A DNA stretch of 63,999 nucleotides, filler included, from Rhabdomonas costata (GCA_019059605.1; 21 parts of 21 records of this genome joined end to end with filler, not necessarily neighbours in it); one strand, 5' to 3'; shown: positions 23,985 through 36,640, counted from the whole stretch's first letter. The notes: generated from the letters alone by a model not told the origin. Made by a program: numbers and translations.

Positions 23985-26410
23985 GTCACCCACTCGCCGA
24001 CGTCTCTTTCTGCTCTGTTCCCGAATGTCCGTTGTCAGGTCGGAAAACAGATTTCGGAACCACTATTGCAGACAAAACGAGCTTTAGCAGGGCCCTGCGA
24101 AAAGCAAAGTGCCTCTTGAAATCAGACGAGAAGAAGATGTGAGCAGGTGATTTCGAATGATGCGCCCTGTGAATGCGCTCTTTTTTTTTAAGGAAAGCAA
24201 ATTAAGTGGATTGGAAGTTTTGTGTGAATCGGAGGCGACGGGAATTACCCTTCACTTCTTTGCAGGGTACTTCGATGTTAAATTGCCGAGCACAGCCCAC
24301 AGCCCATGTGGCCAGCCTTAAGGAACAAACAAAANNNNNNNNNNNNNNNNNNNNNNNNNNNNNNNNNNNNNNNNNNNNTTAATTAATTAANNNNNNNNNN
24401 NNNNNNNNNNNNNNNNNNNNNNNNNNNNNNNNNNGGTTTTTTGTAAAATCGTTGTTTCTGTGGAAGTTCCAAACAGTTTTCCTTTGCCTGCTTTCCTGCA
24501 TGGTCCACAGATACCTGGAGAACACCAAGAATCTTTGTGCTGAAAGTAGTGCTTATACTTGTTTTTAAAAATGAAAATCATTATCTTTGCAAATATTTCT
24601 ACTTTTCTCTGAGGACGTGTGCCCTTTGCGCCCCTTGATCTTTGTTTGTTGCATCGTTCTGGAGCGAACGCCAATATTTTTTTCACCTTTTGCATGAGTG
24701 CGACTGTTTTGAGCTTTCGCTGTGCTGCTTTTTATTTTTGGTGGGACCTTTCACCTTTCTGCTCAGTGCAGAACAGCATTGTTTTTTCTGGACTAATGCG
24801 GAAATCCTACCTTCGTTCGGGCTGTCCATCTCTGGGGGGTGGAGTGTGTCATTCGGAAAATGGTTCCATGAGCCCCGGACCTCTCTTTCCGACTCCGAGG
24901 GACCATCTGATGTAAGTTTTCAGCGTCGCCCGCAAAATGTGGTGCGCCATGTTCCCGTCGCTAAATATGCAGTCATAACCTCCAGGCTGACCCCTTGCCT
25001 GGTATTAGGCCCTAGCCCCCCTGGCTGCGCTCTGTATTGTGCTTATTTTGTATTTTTGTATTTTGTGCACTGTTCCACCAAAACTTTGGAGACGTCAACT
25101 GCCGCAGGTCTTTCAAACCATCTCCTTTGCAGTAAGCTGGGTAACCCCATCGAGTCTAGGCCATTTTTCACGTTCTGTAGGGCTGACCCTACCCTTCGGG
25201 ACCCTCATGCTCTGTTTGATAGGCTTGGCCGCACCTGTGCTTGGATTCAATTCAAATCTGGTTTCTCGTACTTTTCGAGTTTGCGCGCTTTCTGGGCCCA
25301 CCACCTCGCGCGTTCAACAGGCTTCTATGCCATACTTTAGACTCCCTCTTAGAATTTGCTTCGTCAAATGTCTTTTGTGCTGCGTGTTTCGTACACTTGT
25401 CGGCAACAATCTGGTACCTCACTGGGTGCTTTCCGTAAACAGGCTTTGTGTGCTGAAAGACGTTTGTTGGAGCAGTTTTGCGCGTATATTGTCTTTCCCG
25501 GCCAACATTACTGCATCGCAGGCGGCATGTACCCCAGAATGCCTGGTTGATTTGGGATCCGTCAGACGTACTTTCCCACCTGCGTCCGCGCGAGCGCGGG
25601 CATTTCAAACGAAAGTTCCGCAACATATCCGATCGTGACCCGAACCTCCCGAGATTTATCTCATCCCACCAATTGTGCACCAATGGTTGGACACCGAGGT
25701 GGCTGGCAAGCATCCGCTCCCAACTTTGCTTTCGCGGAGTGTGCGCTTTTGCGTCTGAACATGGGGTGCACCCGGGTTAACTGCCACTTTGTCCCGTTCC
25801 CGAGTACCAATTTGGCTGGCCTTGAGCGGTTAGGACCTCAGACGGCATGCGGTGCTAACGGGCCCGTATAAACCATTTCTGGCATTTGGTAAAGGACTTG
25901 CTCTGGAATTGGCACCAATGCCCTTCAAAACATAAAGGCTGCGGAATGCAATCTTGGAACACGTTCATCGCCCTTTGTGGCGGTCAAAATTTTCACGCCT
26001 TTATCATTTGACGACCGGTGTGACAATATCATCCATTTGCGGGTAAAATAGCCCAAAGAGAAGATTTAAGCTTGAATGCGTTCACTTGCAAAAAAAACTA
26101 AACGACAGGACATCTTTTGTATTGAATTCGAAGGATAAAAGTTTCAAAAACAAAAGGCGCGATTTTTATTGGTTTTTAAACACCACAATAACTCGTAGAA
26201 ATCATGTCCAACTTTAAACAGATAGACACCAGCTACTAGCCCGACCACGTGATGAATCTGCTTGGGCTCAAAAACATTTCCACTAACAATTGGTGCGAGA
26301 ACAACCACACAATAACATCTATACACAATAAAACATAATCCACACTCGTACCTTGTTTTGTTATTGGAACACACTTACAAATTCTTGTATATAAACCTTT
26401 GGCATTGTGG

Positions 26411-26920
26411 CATTATTGGGACACATATCAAGTGTATTTCACGGACCCAAGGTTTCCCTGACAGAACAATCTATGGGAAAATTGTGGATCACGTGGTGTG
26501 TTTGTGTGCCAAGGCTTTCTTTGCGATTTTTTTGCTTGCGATAACGTGGAATGGAGTGAGACTTCCGGTGGCAAGGCAAAAGAAAGCATCTTCTGTTAGC
26601 CGTGCCGGCGTTTCGAGCGTCTGCCGTTCCGGTTGCATACCACTGAATGAAAGATATTATTGAGTAATTATTTGACGTAGTGGAATTACGGGAACCACAG
26701 CATCAAGTGTGTTATGCTGCTGTGGATGGCTGCGGTTGATTTTTTTGCTTCGTGTCCTTTGGGATTGCGGGGTCGTAAAATATACATGACACACAACTCG
26801 CGTATGAATTGCCCTGCGTGGGATACCTTGGGTCCGTAAAATACACCGAAAGCATGGTCCTAAAAATACACTTGATAGTGGGGGGTCCCATAATACACTT
26901 GATACGGGGTCCCCGTAATG
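26411..26920. mobile_element. MITE-like element with imperfect TIRs and internal repeats
   Basis: Left end CATTATTGGGACACATATCAAGTGTATT. Right end (reverse complement) CATTACGGGGACCCCGTATCAAGTGTATT. Further ATCAAGTGT motif copies lie near 26702 (+) and 26866-26894 (-), and GTGTATTT.ACGGACCCAAGGT.TCCC is shared in inverted orientation. Confidence 0.65.
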
Positions 26921-27882
26921 GCATGGCGCCAATCATTTTGATTGCCGCTTCTGCACACACACATCCGCACAGAAAAGATGTGACACGGTTACTACAGCAT
27001 CCAAGACGTGACACACATTTGCTGTGTAATTGTCAATAATGTTTACGACGTTTTAGCCTGACCAATTTCACAAATGTTCTTCAGCAGCTTTGCGCCATTT
27101 AAAAATGGTATAACAGTAGCCCAAATACCAAAGTCTACATGAAACTCATCAAGATGCCGCACTTTTAAACCACGCTTGTACAGTCATAGTCTTCTTATTA
27201 GACGAAATATACAACGCAAAGCATACTAGCATCTCCGAGTAACTGTTTATTGAGATACATGTCCCTATCTCACGAAATGTATGTAAACGAAAGACAACTT
27301 GATCGTGTTGAATTAAACACAACCCCCTCTAAGAAACCAACGTAAAGTGTTTAGGAACACAAACAAAAGATATCACCACCCCCCNNNNNNNNNNNNNNNN
27401 NNNNNNNNNNNNNNNNNNNNNNNNNNNNTTAATTAATTAANNNNNNNNNNNNNNNNNNNNNNNNNNNNNNNNNNNNNNNNNNNNGGGGTGTTGTCGTTAT
27501 GGTGGTTTCAGCTATGGGGTATTTGAGAGGGTCTGTTTAGAGATGAGCTCTTTGGAAGTTTGCAATTCTGGCACAACTGCGCAAGTCGCTATGAAATTAA
27601 TGGCTGATATGTTTCTCCTCCTTGCTTGCGTTTTGTGGGCAGCCATTCGCCGTTGTTCTTTTCAGGTGACCTGCTGAAAAGGTGAGAATATGTCTTGTTA
27701 AGGCAGTCGGGCGGTGATCGCTGTGGTCTTGCAGTTTCCGCCTCTTTGCTGATGCTCTCTGTCTTCCCCTTTGAACCACACTTTCTCATGCTCTGTCAGT
27801 CCCGGGCCCGCGCTACCTTTTCGGCGAGAAACGTCTCACATGGTCGATGTATCGGCTAAGTTTTTGTCATCCCGTAGCATTT

Positions 27883-28322
27883 GGGGGAGGGGGGCGTTAA
27901 ACGTTTAGCATTGCTAAATGGTCTGAAACTTCCTAACACCCCTAAAAAGTTATGTCTGTCTTGGGGGAAGGAAAGCAGTACATGAAGGCATTTAGAGGTA
28001 GTTGACACAGTTTACCTAACCCCCGTGTCCCAATAATGACATCCCAAAAATATATCTGATTCGGACTTTTTGCACCGCTGAACGTTTTTAGCAGTGATTA
28101 ACGGAGCATCTCCCAGGGAGCATCCCCATGGAATCTCCCAACCCGTCCACCCGCTCCGGCCGCGCCGCGGACTGGCCGCCGTGGCGCTGGCCTTCGCAAT
28201 AAACTAATCCAATCCCTTTTGTATTGCCAGCTCCTAGAACCGTTCATCGCCCTTGCGTTCTGACCTAAACTTTTGGCAGCGCTAAACGTTAACCCTGAAA
28301 ACGTTTGACGCCCCCCTCCCCC
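27883..28322. mobile_element. MITE (PIF/Harbinger-like architecture), 440 bp
   Basis: 24-bp TIRs GGGGGAGGGGGGCGTYAAACGTTT with 1 mismatch. Both sides are flanked by TTT (candidate 3-bp TSD). Internal AACGTT motif copies; no credible ORF. Confidence 0.75.
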
Positions 28323-29418
28323 TTTCAAATGCAAATGTCCTCCTTTGTGCGCTTTTTGTTCCTGTCGTCGCAGAGGCTGGGCCGTCCCGCGACAATGACG
28401 TTCCAGTCTCCGGTTGGTTTACCCCATCCCTATCCCTGGTTTCCCTTCCCAGTTTTTCTTCTGGATTCTGGACTCTGGTTTCCATTCTGATCCCGGCTGT
28501 GCCTTTGGATGCCGCAGCCTCGGCAATGGTTTGGATGGACCTGCCCCACCTCTTTGCGCTCTCGCTTTCCATATCTGGGCGCCCATGGGATGAGTGTAAT
28601 CCATGTCTGGTGTCTGGGAAGGCGCTTTCTTTTCACTTTCCGGTGCGGCGATCCGGTGCACCTTTTTTGCAATGCAACGGCGAATACCAATGATTTATTG
28701 TGCCTTTTGCCCAAAAGAAAAATTGAGCCAATTTGGGAATTTCTAGAGGTTTTCCGGGGGGAGAAAATTAAACACTGCGCTGCAAAATAGTGGTGACCTC
28801 TGTTTTGTTCTGAAAAGTATACTTCAAAAACATTGGCAACCGAGCTCGTGGGTATCTCAGAGCACCTGAACGCGCACGTATTTTGGTTTGTGTGTCCTTT
28901 CAAAGCCAACAGCTTTTAACAGCTTTGGTCAGAATTTGGTTTTTCAGGAGTTTTCCAGGGAATAAGCTGGTGTTAGGTGTGCATTAGATTGGTCCCATTT
29001 CTACTTGTTGAGTTCGCCAAATGTCCACCGCGATCTAGCCCCTTTATATCATATAACGGCGTTATACCTTTTAACGCTCCCCCTCAAAAAATGTACCAGA
29101 CCGCCGTTTTTTCGCGACAGAACTTGCCATGTGCCAGAATCCTTTTGGGAACGCGGTGCACCAAAGTTCTGTTTACGTGTCAGAAAATCTGAGCTCACGC
29201 TAGTCCCCGCTTATCGGCGACGCGTGTTCGTCTGTGAACCTTTCTGCAGTTACCGTTTGCTCCCCTTTGAAATGCATGATCTGAGATGCTTTGGAAGCCA
29301 TTTTGTGTACCTGGGGTAGGATGAAAGGTGAAGAAGGGGAGGGAGCCGTATAAAGTGAAGACCTGCCCTCCGGTCAGTCATCTCAACACCCTTTTATGCG
29401 TGATTTGTCTCGCAGCAC

Positions 29419-29989
29419 CTTTGTAGTAAAGTCTGTGAGGTCATGCAGCAGGCCATGGGGATCGGATATGGATTCATTCTCGTCATTTGCTGTGATAGAA
29501 GACGGCTTTCCGAGAGGGTTTTTAATTTGGGTGGCATGGCTTGATATGCCTTGAGTTGGAATTAGGCCCCCGCCTCACCCGAAGCTTTTCCTAAGTCGAC
29601 TTAAAGACAAGGGCCGGGTGGGCATCGTGCCACATCCTTTTACCACTCTCTACTTATCCCACCATTCATTTCACTTTTCTTTGAATAAAAAGAAAAAAGA
29701 ACATGCCTTCCCGATTCCCCGTCATGCTTTATATAATGAGCACTGCACCCCTCCACACTCACACCCGCCCAATGCGAGTCGATCACCGGGCACAAAGAGA
29801 GAGGTTGCCGTGCTTTGTACCGTTTTGGTTTGGCTCTGGGCTGCGATGAAGTCCTTTGCTTCTTTTTGGACGGTTGGGCCTGTAGAACAATGGAAAGTTT
29901 GCTTTTGAAATGCCCAAAAGGCCACTGAGGTCTTCATTTATATCTTTCATTAGCTCTTTGTAACGGATGGTGTTCATCTTCCTGGGGGT
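29419..29989 (-). CDS. Internal exons of an unidentified gene
   Basis: AG/GT-bounded, phase-compatible exons at about 29989-29821 (TPRKMNTIRYKELMKDINEDL...) and about 29489-29419 (NDENESISDPHGLLHDLTDFTTK). No domain recognised. Confidence 0.3.
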
Positions 29990-31467
29990 CTGGTAAGGCA
30001 GTGCATGTTGTAACACCCTCCGTCGTGAACGTGCGCGACACGCCACGCTCAGGCCTGAACCGGCCTGCTGCTGGCCTCCATTATCCCTGCATAAGCCTCG
30101 TACACCAAAGCCAAGTTGCAGGCTAGAGTTTTGCATGCCTTGCTTGAAGGGCGCTGGGGAAGCCCCCCCCTGACCTGAATCCAAGGCGCATCTCGGTGCA
30201 CGGGCTCCTGAAGGTGCGTTAACTTTTGTCAGGCAAGGTCTTCTGTGTCCAGAGATAACTTTGGACTGTTAGGTTAGGCAGTGATGATGTCGTTGTTATA
30301 TCCAACGCTGCTATGACGATTTGCTGCCCGGTTTTGTCGTTCACAGCGTCTCAAACTGTATACCTCACCCACTTAGCCTTCTCCGGGGCGGGGTACTTCG
30401 TTGAAGCCGAGGCTTGAATCTCACGCCCCACCCACANNNNNNNNNNNNNNNNNNNNNNNNNNNNNNNNNNNNNNNNNNNNTTAATTAATTAANNNNNNNN
30501 NNNNNNNNNNNNNNNNNNNNNNNNNNNNNNNNNNNNTGTGTGGTGGGACTCTCCGATGGGCTCCGCGGCATAGGTAGTTTCATTTCTGGAATATGCATAA
30601 GCGTTTATGCCCCCCCCCCAACCAGTGCGGTGTAACCCGCAAATGCATATTCCAGAAATGAAACTACCTATGCCGCGGAGCCCATCGGAGAGTCCCATCA
30701 CGCGCATCGCTACCTAACCCCTGCAAAGGCTCCTGAGCCCCCTGGACCCTGTATGGGGGGGGGGGCATAAACACGCTATTCTCCTGCTGCCCCCGATAGG
30801 CATGCGAGTGTGCAAGTGACATTTCCAAAACACTCAGTTCTCGCCCTGCGAAACCCATTGTTGATAAAGTTGAAAAGGGCGACTCAAGAGAGTTTTCGCA
30901 GATGTAAGAACACGGCCCAAGAAGACCAATATAGAGAGTGTATTAATCAAATATCATGCTTTTCGGGCTGACTAAATCATGATTTAATCACCGTGATTCA
31001 ATCAGTTTGATTAAATCATGAAAACCTTGGGTGGGTGGGTGTAGCGAACCCCCCCCTCCTCAGAAGCTGACTGAGTCCCAGCAACGGAGGTTTGCTGGGG
31101 ATGCGCAGGGCGCTGTCCCGCGCAAATCTGTGCAAGGCCACGCACGCCGCCAGCTGCGACGGGAAGAGCACTGAGACTGAAAACCATCCCCTGGTGGACT
31201 CGGAGACGAGATGCTTCCACCTGCCAAGCCCACTGAGACCCAAGGGATCAGAGCGAAGTCATCTGTTCAAATTCCTCTGGTCACCCTTTTTCCCAAACAC
31301 CCGCACTGCCCTCTACGCATCAGCAACACATCTCGGCTTCTCTGCTCACGGACCATTGGAAGATGAACATTTGCTGTTACTACCGTGACCGTTTCAAAAA
31401 TTTCCCGAATCGCGAGCAGTTTTGTTTTTTGTTTTTCCTTTTTGTTTTGTTGGGAAACCTCTGAAGA

Positions 31468-33065
31468 TGGAAGAAATCTCGCGGCTGAGATATGAAAATG
31501 AACGGCTTTCCGCCCAGGCCTCGGAGCTGAAGTGCAAAAGTCTGCAGGTGCACAAATTTTCTTCCTTGAGAGATGTTACAAGGACTCTGCTCGCTCCAGT
31601 CTCGAATGACTGCATGCATTTTCTTTGTACTTCGGGGCTGGAAGGTTAGCCACGTTAGCCGCAATGACCTTCTTCCTCGCAACACATCTTGCACTCGTTG
31701 CACTCGTGTTTAGAAGCGCGATCCGAAAATCATGATACATTCCTTATTGTGCCCCCCCCCCTTCTAGATGCATCAAGGCGCCCAAGCAGCACAAGACTAC
31801 TTGGCTGCCGGTTCACTTGAGAAGGTTGCGTGTTTCTGGCTGCGTTAGTTGGCACGGTTTTCCAGAGCCGCTGGCGTTCTTTGGAGTCTGTCCGTGTTTC
31901 CGTGTAGTCGAAATTATGGAGTGCGTGCTGCTTTTTTCGCGAGTCTTCCTGCCGAAACATTGGTGTCCAGTCTCATGTTGTGGTGCAACTGTGGCTCTCA
32001 GTGAGCGTTGCCCATCGCCAACATCAATGCGCACTTCAACCTCAAGCATCCAGTTTCCGTGTCCGCCACAAAAAAGCAACGCGCCTAGTATTGCAAAGGA
32101 TGGTGGAAAATGGGAGAGGCGATTGAAGTGGGCATTTACATTGTTGCACTGAGCTGCTTTTTACTGTGTGTGTTTTTTAACTTCAGGAGCGGATGATTTG
32201 CCAGCTCTCTTCCCTCCGACAGCAGCTGGATCTGAGGGACAAGGAGATTGCGGAGCTTCGCAGTCGTGCACCAGGCCTCAGGCACGCAGTGCTTTTTAAC
32301 GGTTTACGTACAGCACTCTCACTCTTCGCTTCCGAGAGCTCATCTTGATTCAGCGTGCGAAAAGGCGGGGACTCGGGCACAACAGGGTCGACTTTTCCCC
32401 ACGGTCCCCACTTCAGTTCTTGATATTCTTTGAACTGAATTGTCGGGGACGCACATTTTTCCTGTTTTCGAATCAGCTGACGCCCCCCTTCCCGTTTTCC
32501 TTCCCTCGGTTTGCCTGGCATTGCTTTGAGATGTCCCGCGTTGAACGTTTTGAGTGTATTGGGGTTTTTTTTGAAACTGTTGGGTTGGGTGACACCTCGG
32601 TGAGAATTATTGACCTCTCTTCCCGAAGGGAAATACATGTACATGTACTTTGAACGTTGAGCTGAGAAAATAGAATAGAATTGAATGGAGCTTTTGGCCG
32701 AAACTTAGGAGTTTTCCTCTCTCTCTCTCTCTCTCCTTCTTTCGGGTTTCGGTTTCGGTTTCCTTTTCCTTTTCCTGTCGGTGGTCGCTGATTGTCCGTT
32801 GCCTGGAATTCACGCTTCATGCTTTCGCGGTACCCTACCGTCACATAAAGGCTTCAAGGTTTGAGAAAAACCTGCACCCGGATGGCAGCCGAGGGATTCA
32901 TAAGGAATTCATAAGGTTAGTACACAACCCAAAGGGAGAGGACAATGAGATGAGAGTGACATTACCATTTGGTTTCTTTGCGGTCCCCTGCCTGTCCGCA
33001 GTGAAATAAACCAGCTCCAGGAGCAGCTCCGAGAGGAGCACGAGATGAAGCTTCGGCTTGTGAAG
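31468..33065 (+). CDS. Coiled-coil protein (partial)
   Basis: Exons about 31468-31548 (MEEISRLRYENERLSAQASELKCKSLQ), 32187-about 32281 (ERMICQLSSLRQQLDLRDKEIAELR) and 33002-33065 (EINQLQEQLREEHEMKLRLVK). Heptad pattern. Confidence 0.55.
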
Positions 33066-33759
33066 GTATCCTGTGGGGTTTGAACCATTTCTCTGTGGAT
33101 GTGGGTTCACATGTTTTGTCTGACTGAAATGCTGACACGATCCTTTTTTTTTGAACTTTATAGGGTTTCGTCTGCTGAGAAAAAAGCTGTGACTATGGAG
33201 GAGAAGAAGGGAGCGGTTTAGAAGAACACGAAAGAAGGAAGGCGCTTCTTGAAATATTCTCGACTCCTGGAGGGGAGAGGAGTTCTTGGGAGTGGAGAGA
33301 CGTTTTTCTGTGGTGGTGGTTTCTCCTTCATCCCACTCAAGCGGCCACGCGAAGCGCGAACAAAAGGGCAAAATGGACGTTCGCAGTGAAACACGAAAAC
33401 CTGCACACGACAGCAATTGTGCACAGGGTCATGTGTGGATTGGTGTCTGTACCAGGTCCACACCAAACCCCACCCACACCCACCACANNNNNNNNNNNNN
33501 NNNNNNNNNNNNNNNNNNNNNNNNNNNNNNNTTAATTAATTAANNNNNNNNNNNNNNNNNNNNNNNNNNNNNNNNNNNNNNNNNNNNACGTGTGGGGGGA
33601 CTCCTATGGTTTTGCTCGCTCGCGGGTCCCTCCCCGACTCGCGCACTTGTAGATGCCCTGATAGGGCGAGGGCAACTAGAACCTTGCGGGGATCACTAGA
33701 GGCGCGGATTTGTGTCTTTTTTCAAACGGAATCGACCTGAGTACCAACCCATTGACACC

Positions 33760-34000
33760 AGAAGTGCAAATTCCCAACCGCCCAATTTGCATCTGCAACG
33801 ACGGTTACTTGCACGTTTTAGTACGTAAGCCAAATACCAAAAGTGCAAATTGGCATAATAATAAAATGCCCAAAACTGCAAATTACTAAATTTAAAACCC
33901 AAAACTGCAAAGGCCAAAGTAACCGTCTAACATTTCCACTTTTTGCAATTTGCACTTTTTGCAATTTGCATTTTTTTTTTTGCAATTTGCTCTTTGCAAT
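33760..34000. repeat. Cluster of short TGCAAA(TT)/(AA)TTTGCA motifs in both orientations
   Basis: About ten copies, e.g. AAGTGCAAATT at 33762 and 33841, AACTGCAAA near 33875 and 33903, and TTTGCAATT(TGC) tandem copies at about 33942-34000. Confidence 0.75.
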
Positions 34001-34028
34001 TCCGATACTGATCGCTGCCTTTCAGACC

Positions 34029-34100
34029 TAGACCGCTGGTTCAGTTGGCATGCATGCAGCCTTCCATACGAACGCCGCTGGTTCAAACCCCGCGTTACCC
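34029..34100 (+). pseudogene. tRNA-Gly(TCC)-derived sequence (pseudo-tRNA / SINE-head-like Pol III promoter)
   Basis: A box TGGTTCAGTTGG (34037-34048) and B box GGTTCAAACCC (34080-34090) at tRNA spacing, with anticodon loop CTTCCAT. The acceptor and anticodon stems do not pair, so it is not a functional tRNA. Confidence 0.6.
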
Positions 34101-34270
34101 TATGTCGCTTTTATCTCTCTGAAAGAACCCATCGCTCGCTGCTTCAAGCACACCTGCAAAATGCCCACAAAGGACAGCCTCAAGAGCGCGCATTCATGTA
34201 GTTACGTTGCCTTTGTTCTTACTTCAACAAAGACAGCTTCCTTTCAGCTTTCTTTTCACCGGAAAATCAA

Positions 34271-35782
34271 ATGTCTGACGACGACTTCTCTGACTTCGAA
34301 GAGCTCTACAACGCTTCTACGAAGACCCTTCAGATCTCGGTAAATTCATCTCAATAAATCTAAGCGGTTTTTGTTTCTTCCTCTCTCACACTCCTTTCTT
34401 TCATTTTCAGAACGAAATCCCTCTCGACTTGACCCCAGAGCCAACTGGAGACGTTCTCGACGCCATCCTGGCAAAACTCGCCAAAGAAAACGACGAAAGA
34501 TGGGTATGCACCTAAATTGTTGGCCTTAACCTTCTTTATTGTCTCATCTTGTCAACTGACCTCCGAACATTTTCAGGCCAAAGCTGAGAACCATCTTGAA
34601 ACCCGTCGAAAAAAGTACGCCTCCAAAAAACCTACCCCCACGTACAACATCGACAAGCTTCCCCCACCACATCTTCGATGTGAATTCATGCAAGAAGACC
34701 AGGGATGGCCAGACAACCGGTGCACACGCTGGTGCCGCCGAAACCACTTGTGCAACCGTCACAACACCACCAAGAGCTACATCACCAAGGTACTTTCGAC
34801 CAATTTTCCCACTCTACATCTCCAGCCACTGAAAAACTATTTTTTAATACAGCTGTATGTTTTCATTTCGCTTCTCGGCGCTTTTTATCAGAAGCGATCC
34901 AGAACGCCTTCGTCCACCTCGAAACCTCCAAACCGTTACCTCCCATCACAACCCACAATCTCCGCTCCCCCACTCATCAATCCTGCCCCTCCTGCTTCTG
35001 ATCCTCCATCTACCAAAGCTGCAGCTGGAGGTCACGCTAGTTTCCCTCCTGCTCCTGCTCCTGCTCCTGCTCCTCCATCTCCTCCTACTCCTACCCCACC
35101 AGCTTCAAATAACACCATCATGACAGCAGCAACTTCCCCGCCACACCTAAAGAGAAGCAAACCCTCACCCAAGACAGCACCCAAATGTTCTCCGCTTCTC
35201 CATCTCATGCAAGAAAACCAATCCACCTCCGCCGCTCAGGACAAGCCTACAAATCCACAAGCTACCACCAAAACCACTCCTTACCCACGCCTTTCCACAG
35301 GATTCCGCTGGTCAATTCCAACACACAGAAGTTTAGTCCTTCGCTGCCGCACGACCCAAAGGCCACCTAACCCCGAAGCTGACCTCCTACGACATGCGCC
35401 GCACGACCTCAAAGTCCAGTATTGGGGGGACTGCGTCGACACCAACAACTATTTTAAGGACATCTTGGACTTTAACTTCACCGACGACAACATCGACCCC
35501 CCAGCGAAGACCTTCTCTCATTACATACCTACCCCACAACCTCTACCACCACTTCCACAGCCAGCAGAGAATCACCCACCTCCACCTCCACGACCGCTTC
35601 AACTCCACGAGATGACCTCGAACCAAGTCATTGCCGCGACCCGCCTTGCCAACCATTTCTTCCCGGAAGTGCTGGAAGCGTACGAGAAGGACGCAAAGGC
35701 ACAGGGGACTATTTTTAAAGTCCCCAGTGACCACCTCCTCTCCCCCCTCCGAGCCTTCACACAAGCGCGCACATCTGTGTAA
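34271..35782 (+). CDS. Proline-rich protein with a C-x13-C-x9-C-x2-H putative zinc finger; possibly element-encoded
   Basis: Exons 34271-34339, 34411-34503, 34577-34789 and 34892-35782. Phase-0 GT-AG introns of 71, 73 and 102 nt. Encodes RCEFMQEDQGWPDNRCTRWCRRNHLCNRH. Confidence 0.65.
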
Positions 35783-36407
35783 CCACTGCTTCCCCCCTAT
35801 GCACTACTTCCCTTCCAAATCGCAACATATTCTTGCTCCCGGGTGCAAGCTTTCTCAAAACCGGCTTCAAAACCGGATTTCCGGATGTTTTTTGTGCTAC
35901 GTCATTTGCAAATGGTTGACCATCACCTCCCATCAGCAAGCCCCAAAACACCCTCGGACCGAAGTTATTCCTTGCATTGTCCTGTTCCAACGATTCTTTG
36001 GAATTCAGAAATAGGCAATGAACTGCGCTCCTTCAAAGTCTCAAATCGTCCAACGACAATTGCGCTGCCTTATGCATTCCTATTCCTCACACGTTGCCCC
36101 CCCCTAAAAAAACTTCCATTACGAATCTTTCCTGATTTTCTTTGCGAAGAGTTCTTGTCAAATCCTCACACTGTCCTCCGTTTTACTTCAAGTCGCATAG
36201 TAACCCATTTAACATTCATCATAGATAAGCAAATTTTCAACCAAATCTCCAAATCTCCGCCTGTGTCTTGCTGTCTGCTATCTCTTTTATTACCGCAGTA
36301 CCTGCGGTAATAAAAGAGCCCAACCTTCGTCACAACCCTTTGGTTTCCTGCATGTTATCTTACAAGCTTTGCTTTTTCCGCTTCTTACTGCCTTTTTCGG
36401 ACTGCTT

Positions 36408-36540
36408 ATGGCTCTTGCAAAGCTTATCGAGGAGTACAAGCTGGCCCGAGAGACTACCGTGGAGGAAGGACCAATTCGCCTCCTGGGAGACGAAGCGGAC
36501 CAGGACTTTGTGATCCCCCTCATTGTGCTCCACGCCGGTG
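36408..36540 (+). CDS. 5' end of an unidentified gene, truncated by the contig end
   Basis: MALAKLIEEYKLARETTVEEGPIRLLGDEADQDFVIPLIVLHAG after a pyrimidine-rich tract; coding-like codon usage. Confidence 0.35.
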
Positions 36541-36640
36541 NNNNNNNNNNNNNNNNNNNNNNNNNNNNNNNNNNNNNNNNNNNNTTAATTAATTAANNNN
36601 NNNNNNNNNNNNNNNNNNNNNNNNNNNNNNNNNNNNNNNN

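Noticed and set aside
24642-25713. Overlapping 150-230-aa ORFs
   Set aside because: No recognisable motif or coding-like bias; treated as spurious.
30541-30700. Long inverted repeat
   Set aside because: Contig-terminal fold-back pattern.
34517-35782. 421-aa ORF as a single-exon gene
   Set aside because: It starts inside an intron and reads through an in-frame 102-nt intron; the spliced model fits better.
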